A stretch of 48,998 bases of DNA. It comes from Candidatus Spechtbacteria bacterium SB0662_bin_43. GTDB taxonomy: Bacteria; Patescibacteriota; Minisyncoccia; Spechtbacterales; 2-12-FULL-38-22. Made by a program: the position numbers and the translations under genes. The notes under the pieces are model-generated. The model saw only the letters and a list, made by a program, of their open reading frames with translations, had not been told where the DNA came from and ran no database searches. Of the stretch, positions 8,394-15,544 are shown one piece after another. How positions within the stretch are numbered: position 1 is the stretch's first letter; every line of letters begins with the position of its first letter. The DNA is taken from contig VXOY01000005.1 in NCBI GenBank assembly GCA_009839835.1, forward strand, positions 1-48,998, written 5' to 3'.

Positions 8394-8566
8394 TGGGTTG
8401 CAGATTGGTTGATTATCACCACTGCTTCCCCGCGTTTCATTCGTAGTTTTTCTACAATGGCAAACGCAACTTGTGCATTTTTGTGGGATTGTACCTGGTT
8501 TGCATTTTGCTGACTCGGTCTCCTACGACGGAAAGCCTACCTTATCAAAGGAGGGCTTTTCGTTTT
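8394..8566 (+). ncRNA. orphan sRNA candidate (unknown family)
   Basis: A promoter lies upstream. The stem GCGUUU/AAACGC (8432-8467) encloses GUAG-UUUUU-CUAC. The 3' terminator stem AGCCUACCUU/AAGGAGGGCU (8534-8557) is followed by UUUCGUUUU. No ORF longer than 17 codons starts at the 5' end. Confidence 0.35.
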
Positions 8567-8596
8567 ATGGTATTACAATAAAACATCTCATAAAAG

Positions 8597-8696
8597 AGAG
8601 GCTGGGGTTATACTTTTTTGCGTATGAATACTATGACTATAGACACTATTGTCTCGATAGATGACCTTGACGCAAAAGAGTATAACCCCAGCCTCT
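8597..8696. repeat. long palindromic intergenic element (26-nt arms, 25/26 complementary, 48-nt spacer)
   Basis: The left arm agaggctggggttatacttttttgcg (8597-8622) is complementary to 8671-8696. The single mismatch is a G:U on the plus-strand RNA. Confidence 0.85.
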
Positions 8697-8723
8697 TGCG
8701 TGTATCTCTACACAAGATAGGTA

Positions 8724-11423
8724 TTAGTTGTTTTTGTAAAACAGCTTTCGTATCCCCTTCCATATCTCGCCTGCAATAAATACCGAAGAACTTACTGCAA
8801 CAATAAAGAGCCATTCGTTCAATGTGAGAGGAACTGTTGAGAAAAGAGATTGTCCGGTTCCGCTATGCACCATTGCAACAACGAGTCCTATGGAGAACAG
8901 GAGCGCAACAACGATGTATCTGTTTGAGAAAAACCCGAGTTGAAAAACAGATAGAGAAAGCGATCGCATACTGAGCAAGCTCCAGAATTGAAAGAAAGCA
9001 ATACTCACAAACGCCATTGTTCTTGCCTTATCAACATCGGGCAGATAGTGGAAAAATATCAAAAGAGAACAAATGGACATAAGGGCAACAACAATTATTC
9101 CATAGGGAATGATGTCTTTTGTTAAAAGCTTGGTATTTTTCACCAAACGCTTGTCCTGCATTGTGTCGTGGTGATTGCCTTCCATTGCCAACGCAACGTC
9201 AGTAAGCCCTCCTGTTACTAAGTTGAGGAAGAGGATTTGAATCGGCAATAGGACTAATGGTGCGTGTATTAATAGTCCTGATAAAATGATCACACCCTGT
9301 CCGACACTCGTGGTAAGAAGAAACGCAATGGTCTGGCGCATATTACGGAGTATGACCCTTCCTTCTTCCATTGCATCAATAATAGAAGAAAAATTATCAT
9401 CCATTAAAACCATTTGAGACGCTTCCCTGGAGACATCTGTGCCCGTAATACCCATAGCAATACCAATGTCTGCTTGTTGTAATGCAGGAGCGTCATTGAC
9501 TCCATCGCCTGTCATAGCCACAATCTCACCCTGTTTTTGCAGTGTTTCCACAATACGCAATTTACTCCGTGGTGTTGCACGGGCAATGATTGCTGCGTTG
9601 GCGAGTGCGGAGCGTAACTCTTGATCGCTCATATCTTCAATCTCACTTCCCTTGATAACAGGTGGTGTAGTGCTCTTTACAACACCAACCTGTTTCGCTA
9701 TCTCTGCTGCAGTGTCAGCGTGATCTCCTGTTATCATAAGGATACGCACACCTGCTTGTCGTGCTTTTTGTATTGCGTCTTGAATACCCTCTCGGGGCGA
9801 ATCAATCATTCCACACAATCCAACAAAAACCATATGTTGTACTGCTTCTTCTTGTGAGACGGGGTGTTTTTTGAGTAAGCGGAACGCAATGCTCACAACT
9901 CGCAACCCGCGCATTGACAACTCGCTGTGTTGGCGTTCAAAATACTTTTTATCTTGTTTTTGTAGCGTTCGAAAAGTGCCTCTATCGTAGACCAGTGTAC
10001 TTTTCTGGATAACATCTTCGTACGCTCCTGCAACAGATAATACACCTTTTGCCTCGAATCTCTTTTTCGTATAGTTTCCGCTATAGCGATACTGAGAATC
10101 AAAAGGATAATGGACGACATCTTCACCTCCTTCGTGTAAATCTATTCGTTGAATACCTGCCTTTGCAGCAACAACGACCAGTGCTCCTTCTGTTGGGTCT
10201 CCAATAATGGAGTAAGTGTTATCGTGTTTTTGTTCAAGGTGTGCGTCTGTAGCATGTGCTGCGTGTTCCAAGAGACACGTTACTTCACCGTACGATAGTG
10301 GATCTATGGTCCTTCCATTTTCTGTAAAAAATCCTTTTGGCGTGAATCCATCTCCGCTAACAGTTATTGTCCTGTTGCGCGTCACAATCTGCTGCGTCAT
10401 CATTTCTCCTTTTGTGAGCGTTCCTGTTTTATCTGTACAGATGATACTGACAGATCCACACGTCTCAGCAGATGGCAATTTTCGCACAATCACATTTTGC
10501 CGCGACATTCTATATACCCCTATTGCAAGAACAATTGAAACAACCGCTGGGAGTCCTTCAGGGATAAGAGAAACGATTGTTGCAAGTGTTAGCAAAAACA
10601 TCTCATTCAACTCTTTTCCTCTTTCAATACCAATACCGAAGATAACAATACCCGTCAGGATAGAAGCAGCAAGTATCTGTGTGCCTAATGTACGAATCGC
10701 GTGCTGAAATTTCGTAGTAGGAGTCTTTGCTTTTTGAATATCCTCTGAGATTGAACCAATCTCTGTGTTTATGCCGACAGCAACGACAACGCCTGTTGCT
10801 TTGCCACGAACAACAAATGAACCCATAAAAACCATATTATCTTGCTCGGCAAGAATACAGTCTTGTTTTTCTATGGCATCAATGTTCTTAATCTGCGATT
10901 CGCTCTCCCCTGTCAAAACCGCCTCCTGTGTTGAACAGTTGTGTTCCTCTGTGAGTCGAATATCAGCAGGCACAATATCGCCTGCCACAAGATCTACAAC
11001 ATCTCCTATCACAAGGCGAGAGGCGTCTATTTTATGAAGTGTTGCGTCTCTGTACACTTTTGCCCACGAACGCACCATTTGTTTTAATGCGAGAATACTC
11101 TTTTCTGCGCGCCACTCTTGTGTAAAGCCAATCAATGCATTTACAAGGAGCACAACTCCAATAATCAGAGCATCTAATCTGTGTCCTATGAACCACGAAA
11201 TACCACACGCTATCATCAAGATGATAATGAATGGATCAATAAATTGTTTGAGAAAGAGGAAAAAAGGAGATGTTTGTTTTTGTGCTGGTAGTTCATTGAA
11301 TCCATCTCTCTCGAGTCGTTTTGTTGCCTCAAATGTCGTGAGTCCTTGCTTTTTTGTGCCCAGCATCTCGTGCACTGTGTCAACACTCAAAGAGTACCAC
11401 CTTGTTTTGGTTGTTTTTCTCAT
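8724..11423 (-). CDS. cation-transporting P-type ATPase (P2 / Ca2+-ATPase-like)
   Basis: CTDKTGTLT, MITGDH and MTGDGVNDAPAL. 899 aa with about 10 TM segments. Confidence 0.9.
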   Translation of the reverse strand: MRKTTKTRWYSLSVDTVHEMLGTKKQGLTTFEATKRLERDGFNELPAQKQTSPFFLFLKQFIDPFIIILMIACGISWFIGHRLDALIIGVVLLVNALIGFTQEWRAEKSILALKQMVRSWAKVYRDATLHKIDASRLVIGDVVDLVAGDIVPADIRLTEEHNCSTQEAVLTGESESQIKNIDAIEKQDCILAEQDNMVFMGSFVVRGKATGVVVAVGINTEIGSISEDIQKAKTPTTKFQHAIRTLGTQILAASILTGIVIFGIGIERGKELNEMFLLTLATIVSLIPEGLPAVVSIVLAIGVYRMSRQNVIVRKLPSAETCGSVSIICTDKTGTLTKGEMMTQQIVTRNRTITVSGDGFTPKGFFTENGRTIDPLSYGEVTCLLEHAAHATDAHLEQKHDNTYSIIGDPTEGALVVVAAKAGIQRIDLHEGGEDVVHYPFDSQYRYSGNYTKKRFEAKGVLSVAGAYEDVIQKSTLVYDRGTFRTLQKQDKKYFERQHSELSMRGLRVVSIAFRLLKKHPVSQEEAVQHMVFVGLCGMIDSPREGIQDAIQKARQAGVRILMITGDHADTAAEIAKQVGVVKSTTPPVIKGSEIEDMSDQELRSALANAAIIARATPRSKLRIVETLQKQGEIVAMTGDGVNDAPALQQADIGIAMGITGTDVSREASQMVLMDDNFSSIIDAMEEGRVILRNMRQTIAFLLTTSVGQGVIILSGLLIHAPLVLLPIQILFLNLVTGGLTDVALAMEGNHHDTMQDKRLVKNTKLLTKDIIPYGIIVVALMSICSLLIFFHYLPDVDKARTMAFVSIAFFQFWSLLSMRSLSLSVFQLGFFSNRYIVVALLFSIGLVVAMVHSGTGQSLFSTVPLTLNEWLFIVAVSSSVFIAGEIWKGIRKLFYKNN

Positions 11424-11544
11424 TGTTATAATCAGGGTTTCCTATCCCTCAATTATACCAAAATTCAGTCAAAATATTTTGTTGTTTGTTACACAACGGA
11501 AAGAAATGTTAGGTAGGGTGCTACTGATTTATATCGTTTCAGAA

Positions 11545-11578
11545 CGCAAAAGAAAAAGCCCCTTGCTTATGAAAGGGC
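11545..11578 (-). terminator. intrinsic terminator downstream of rarA
   Basis: Minus-strand stem GCCCUUU/AAGGGGC (one G:U that exists only on the minus strand), followed by UUUUUCUUUU. Confidence 0.5.
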
Positions 11579-11861
11579 TCAATCTTTAGTATTCACACCA
11601 CCAGTGGCGTACAAAAATACTATATATATACTTCTTACTCAATTCAGTACCAACTGTACGAGAAGAAATAATTGTGGTTTGTTTATAGTGCCAAGACAAT
11701 TGAGATAGTAAGGACTCCAAATGCACTGAGGACGCAGAGTGCAGAAGCTATGCTTGCATTTTTCATAAAGGTGCGCAGAGACAATTATATATCCACAGAA
11801 TAGCATAGTATTCCACAGTATGCAATTCTCTTATCCCCATATTATACACATTTGTGTATTA

Positions 11862-13004
11862 TCACTGGCTTTCTTTGGTTTTGAAGTATGTTTTCTTATG
11901 CAATTTTTTTGGGCGTAAATCATTTTTTGTATACATCTCGTAACCCTTTCCATACTCAAGATCTTTCATCAATTGCGTTGGTGCGTTTCGAATCATCAAT
12001 GGTATGGGAAGGGCACCGAACTGTTTGGCGTCTTTGAGCGCCTCCATTATTCCATCGTACGCTCGTCTATCTTTATTGCACTGGGATAGATACACAGCAC
12101 CGTGACCTAAGTTGATAACGCACTCTGGTAATCCTATTGTTTCTACGGCGCGAAACACTTCGTTTGCAACAACAAGAGCAGTTGGGTGCGCAACTCCAAT
12201 ATCTTCAGATGCAAAAATCACCATTCTTCGTGCTATAAATCGTGGATCTTCTCCACTCTCAATCATCCGTGCCAAGTAGTAAAGCGCAGCGTTTGGTTGG
12301 CTTGCACGCATGCTTTTGATAAACGCACTGATTGTGTTGTAGTGCTCTTCTCCTTTTTTGTCGTAGCGAAGATGTTTTGACTGAATCGTGTCTTTCAACG
12401 TATCAACAGTAATAGTCTCATAGAGTGAGCGCGCGTTTTCAAGAATGGTCAGTAGGAGACGTGCATCGCCATCTGCGTACGAAATGAGCATATCTTTTGC
12501 ATCATCTGAAATAGAGTAGCCAGTGCGTTCTATGAGCACGTGCATATGGTCTGGATGCAGTGATTCTAATACAAACACACGACAACGAGATAAAAGCGGA
12601 GGGATGACTTCAAAAGATGGGTTCTCTGTTGTTGCACCAATGAGGATAAGCGAGCCATTTTCAACGTTTGGCAGTAAAAAGTCTTGCTGACTTTTGTTGA
12701 AACGGTGTATCTCGTCTAAAAAGAGAATAGGTTGCTGCGATTGATTCTTGGTAAGCAGAGCACGAATATCGTTCTTACCACACGAGACTGCAGATAGTTC
12801 GTATAGCTCTGCATCAAAAGAAGAGGCATACAGACGGGCAAGGGTTGTTTTCCCAACGCCAGGAGGTCCCCATAAAATAAATGAAAACAGGTGGTGCTTT
12901 TCCATTGCAACCCGCAGAGGTTTATTCTCCCCTACTAAGTGTTCTTGTCCAACGAACTCGCCTAACGATTGTGGACGCAATAATGATGCGAGCGGTGTGT
13001 TCAT
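11862..13004 (-). CDS. rarA: replication-associated recombination protein A (AAA+ ATPase)
   Basis: LRPQSLGEFVGQEHL, WGPPGVGKTTLA, LFLDEIHRFNK and the C-terminal MgsA-type domain. The start was set at the Met at 13004; the track ORF extends to 13079. Confidence 0.85.
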   Translation of the reverse strand: MNTPLASLLRPQSLGEFVGQEHLVGENKPLRVAMEKHHLFSFILWGPPGVGKTTLARLYASSFDAELYELSAVSCGKNDIRALLTKNQSQQPILFLDEIHRFNKSQQDFLLPNVENGSLILIGATTENPSFEVIPPLLSRCRVFVLESLHPDHMHVLIERTGYSISDDAKDMLISYADGDARLLLTILENARSLYETITVDTLKDTIQSKHLRYDKKGEEHYNTISAFIKSMRASQPNAALYYLARMIESGEDPRFIARRMVIFASEDIGVAHPTALVVANEVFRAVETIGLPECVINLGHGAVYLSQCNKDRRAYDGIMEALKDAKQFGALPIPLMIRNAPTQLMKDLEYGKGYEMYTKNDLRPKKLHKKTYFKTKESQ

Positions 13005-13070
13005 ACTGGTATGATACTCTTTTTTTATTATGAAAACAAAAAACACCATACGTATATGATGTTTTTTGTT

Positions 13071-13268
13071 GTGGGTCACCTATGCAGCGCGTTTCAGTAT
13101 TGGCGGCGAGCCGAGGCACAGTGGGTGCAACCGAACTTCCCACGTAGGAAGCAGTCGCAGATGTGCCGCCAGGAACATCTTTGCCCTGTGCCTTGTGCTG
13201 ATTGGAAACCGAAACAGAGAGGTCGGTGGCTCGAACCACCTCTATCTCTTTGCTACACAAGTGACCAC
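13071..13268 (-). ncRNA. structured ncRNA candidate (~198 nt, unknown family)
   Basis: A 17-bp closing helix pairs 13252-13268 with 13071-13088. It contains 3 G:U pairs that are valid only on the minus strand. Several internal hairpins are present. The loop UGGCGGC (13165-13171) is complementary to GCCGCCA (13101-13107). Own promoter at 13273-13300. Confidence 0.45.
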
Positions 13269-13272
13269 TTCT

Positions 13273-13300
13273 TTTGTAGCATAGTAAGAAGAATTGTCAA
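13273..13300 (-). promoter_or_regulatory. promoter TTGACA-16-(TGC)TACAAA (extended -10 type)
   Basis: On the minus strand TTGACA lies at 13295-13300, TGC at 13279-13281 and TACAAA at 13273-13278. Confidence 0.4.
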
Positions 13301-13414
13301 CCCTACTTGTGGTAATACGGTAACCAGAGCGTTGTTTTATTCTTATCTCCAGAGAGAATAGAGGTTTTGTGCAGATACAAAGCGCAGTACACAGAACATT
13401 ACTGGAACGTTTTT

Positions 13415-13933
13415 CTACTTTTTATTCTGCGACTCTACAATAACTTTCAGGGCAGATTCTTTATTTTTGAACTCTTGTACTTTTACCCACTTGTGGTTTT
13501 CCAAGTCTTTGTATCGTTCAAAAAAGTGCTTCATAGAGTCAAGCGTCATCACATTAATGTCTTGAATGTCCTGAATATGAGAAAAGAATGGGTCAATCTT
13601 TTCAACGGGGACAGCGAGTATTTTGTGGTCTATCCCTTCTTCGTCTTCCATCTCTAACATACCAACAGGACGGGAAGCAATCACGCTTCCAGCTACAATT
13701 GGGTGCGTGGAGAGCACTAATATATCCAGAGGGTCGCCATCATCTGCGTAGGTGTGCGGCATGAATCCGTAGTTAAAGGGGTATCGCATTGTTGTGTGCA
13801 TAAACCTATCAACGAATAGAAAACCTGAGTCTTCATCAAACTCATATTTGATAGCACTTGATGACGGTATCTCAATGATAACATTGATTTCATGCGGAAC
13901 ATCGTTCCCACTTTCAATAGATGATAAATTCAT
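13415..13933 (-). CDS. ppa: inorganic pyrophosphatase (family I)
   Basis: INVIIEIP..S.IKYEFDEDSG.LFVDR, YPFNYGF.P.T..DDGDPLD and the family I Asp-rich signature. The start was set at the Met at 13933; the track ORF start at 14041 adds an atypical 36 aa. Confidence 0.85.
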   Translation of the reverse strand: MNLSSIESGNDVPHEINVIIEIPSSSAIKYEFDEDSGFLFVDRFMHTTMRYPFNYGFMPHTYADDGDPLDILVLSTHPIVAGSVIASRPVGMLEMEDEEGIDHKILAVPVEKIDPFFSHIQDIQDINVMTLDSMKHFFERYKDLENHKWVKVQEFKNKESALKVIVESQNKK

Positions 13934-14030
13934 AAAATATTTTGATAATAGCAATCGTACTTTTAGTATAGGGTGTTCTCTCTGCTTTTTCAAGATTCTG
14001 TTCTCATAGATTTTATGTTTTAAAATGAAA

Positions 14031-14080
14031 CCCCCCATCACTGAACTGTCTTTGGGTTGATGCGACAGAAGTGATGGGGG
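14031..14080 (-). promoter_or_regulatory. terminator-like hairpin inside the long ppa 5' leader
   Basis: On the minus strand, stem CCCCCAUCAC(U)/AGUGAUGGGGG with inner CUGUC/GACAG, followed by GUUUCAUUUU. It lies about 100 nt upstream of the ppa start. Confidence 0.35.
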
Positions 14081-14150
14081 TTGGTATGGGCGAGTGCGAG
14101 CGTCATTGCTCTCCCCTCCTTCCTAAAGAGAGAATTCTCCCGCCACTTTC

Positions 14151-14179
14151 TTTGTAGCATAAGAACGGTAAAAAGTCAA
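14151..14179 (-). promoter_or_regulatory. promoter TTGACT-17-(TGC)TACAAA upstream of the ppa leader
   Basis: On the minus strand TTGACT lies at 14174-14179 and TACAAA at 14151-14156. The -10 and start-site sequence matches that of the 13273 promoter. Confidence 0.4.
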
Positions 14180-14284
14180 GTGTTTGGCGCACAAGGGTCT
14201 TGACGACCACTCTCTTTTGTAGTATTTTATTGAACGAGTGCAAAGGCACTGATACTACACTCGATACCCAGAAAGGACTTGGAC

Positions 14285-15025
14285 ATGAGTCGCATCGCAC
14301 AGATAGTATCTGACAACATCTTGTTGTCAGTGGTGGCTCTCAAGATTCTGTTGGTGGTAGGAGTGATAACAATCACTCTGGTCAAGGTGCTTGTCCACCC
14401 CGACCAAGAAGACCAGCACATCAAGGTCATCCTGGTTGAGCAGAACTCGTACAATCAGCCAGTCGTTCGTGGGGATTCTTCAGCACCCTTGACGCAAGAG
14501 GTGTCTCCTCGTGACCCAACGGCAGCGCCACAACACGACTTGCAAGACGTTGTCCTGCTCGTAGAAGCATTGGCAGGTGGTGACACTGCAGCTCTTGAAG
14601 GCGCAGCTGAACAATCCTCGGGCAACCCGCGTATCACACAGACAACGCTTGATCTCCTCAAGGTACTCTCAGAACGGTCTGAACAACAGCCGCTCACAGA
14701 TGTTACCTGGTCTGGAGATGCCCTCTCAGAACAAGCAGTGCTCTCGCTCGTTTCGCAATACGACTGGGATCACCAAGAAGCCTTGGACGTCAGCTTCTGT
14801 GAGTCTGGGAGAAACCCGAACGCAATTTTCATCAATTACACGACCCGTGACTATTCAATTGGTCTTTTCCAAATCAACTTGTTTCAAGATCTGGCACGGC
14901 ACCGACCAAGCGTAGAATGGCTCCTTGTGCCAGAAAACAACGTGGCTTACGCGTACAAGCTCTGGTCTGAGGATGGGTGGAGACCGTGGTACAACTGCGC
15001 GGAAAGACTCAACCTTCTGCCCTAA
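14285..15025 (+). CDS. membrane-anchored lysozyme-like / lytic transglycosylase-like protein
   Basis: AAAGGA lies 9 nt upstream of the ATG at 14285. N-terminal TM segment. The C-terminal block CESGRNPNA...DYSIGLFQIN resembles the CES...DYG(L/I)FQIN block of lysozyme-like/SLT folds. Confidence 0.55.
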   Translation: MSRIAQIVSDNILLSVVALKILLVVGVITITLVKVLVHPDQEDQHIKVILVEQNSYNQPVVRGDSSAPLTQEVSPRDPTAAPQHDLQDVVLLVEALAGGDTAALEGAAEQSSGNPRITQTTLDLLKVLSERSEQQPLTDVTWSGDALSEQAVLSLVSQYDWDHQEALDVSFCESGRNPNAIFINYTTRDYSIGLFQINLFQDLARHRPSVEWLLVPENNVAYAYKLWSEDGWRPWYNCAERLNLLP

Positions 15026-15031
15026 CCCACA

Positions 15032-15075
15032 AAGCGAGTGATTCAATTCATTGAATCACTCGCTTCATATTTTTA
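15032..15075 (+). terminator. intrinsic terminator
   Basis: 15-bp stem aagcgagtgattcaa/ttgaatcactcgctt with a 4-nt loop, followed by CATATTTTT. Confidence 0.65.
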
Positions 15076-15180
15076 ATACTACATTCTTCGCACTCTATTA
15101 TTTGACGTGGATGGTTTTTTCCATGCAATCACTATTGTTATGTCGCTTACAATACATAAAAAAAAGAATTACGCTGAATG

Positions 15181-15251
15181 CTGTCGGGCAGGGATTCGAA
15201 CCCCGACTACTTGGGCCAGAACCAAGCGTTCTACCATTAAACTACCCGACA
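15181..15251 (-). tRNA. tRNA-Gln (anticodon CTG)
   Basis: A 71-nt cloverleaf was read by hand: acceptor TGTCGGG/CCCGACA (U1-A72), D-stem GTTT/GAAC, anticodon stem CTTGG/CCAAG with loop TTCTGGC, and T-arm CGGGG-TTCGAAT-CCCTG. CCA is not encoded. Confidence 0.9.
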
Positions 15252-15375
15252 AATCTATTGATTATAATGCCATAAAACACATCTAAAAACAACGGTGCAA
15301 TAACCTCTTTTTATCATTACTCGTTTCATTATATTCCTTTTTGAAGTATAGCAGAGAAGAACAGGGATTTTGTTG

Positions 15376-15478
15376 AGAAAAGGATTTTTACCTTTTTTAT
15401 ACCTAAAATGCCACCTCTATACATACCGTTGTATATTTTAGGTGAGATGGGGTATAAAAAAGGTAAAAATCCTTTTCT
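15376..15478. repeat. long palindromic intergenic element (28-nt perfect arms, 47-nt spacer)
   Basis: agaaaaggatttttaccttttttatacc (15376-15403) is the exact reverse complement of 15451-15478. Confidence 0.9.
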
Positions 15479-15544
15479 TTGAGTATGTTGTAAGAGGGTA
15501 TAGCACGAAAAGAAAATTTTGTTTTGAGATACAGGATACGCAAA

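Noticed and set aside
11600-11650. Promoter-like TTGAGT-17-TATTTT (minus strand) with (TA)5 in the spacer
   Set aside because: It is followed within about 30 nt by the rarA terminator hairpin, and AT-rich DNA generates such hexamers readily. The TA tract itself is real, but a phase-variable promoter is not supported.
13036-13069. A/U-rich hairpin ACAAAAAACA/TGTTTTTTGT as part of a riboswitch expression platform controlling rarA
   Set aside because: A plausible TTGTTT-17-TATCAT promoter for a leaderless rarA lies within and after it. The upstream RNA also closes on itself with a 17-bp helix, so an independent RNA gene followed by a weak terminator is the simpler reading. This remains unproven.
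13147-13171. SRP (4.5S) RNA-like motif GGAAGCAGUCGCAGAUGUGCCG on the plus strand
   Set aside because: The 3'-side string resembles E. coli 4.5S helix 8. However, the opposing strand (ACUUCC) would pair canonically where the conserved non-canonical G-G/G-A symmetric loop is required, and the apical loop is a hexaloop CACGUA rather than GNRA. The three G:U pairs of the 17-bp closing helix exist only on the minus strand. I therefore call the locus a minus-strand RNA of unknown family. An Infernal scan should still be run.
13225-13240. T-arm-like GGUGG-UUCGAG-CCACC (minus strand) suggesting a tRNA or tmRNA 3' end
   Set aside because: The loop is 6 nt rather than 7. There is no acceptor stem, D-arm or anticodon arm in register, and no CCA or tag ORF.
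13934-14041. 36-aa N-terminal extension of ppa (track ORF start at 14041)
   Set aside because: Family I pyrophosphatases start close to the MNLSSIESGND... position. The extension overlaps a strong terminator-like hairpin and has no recognisable features.
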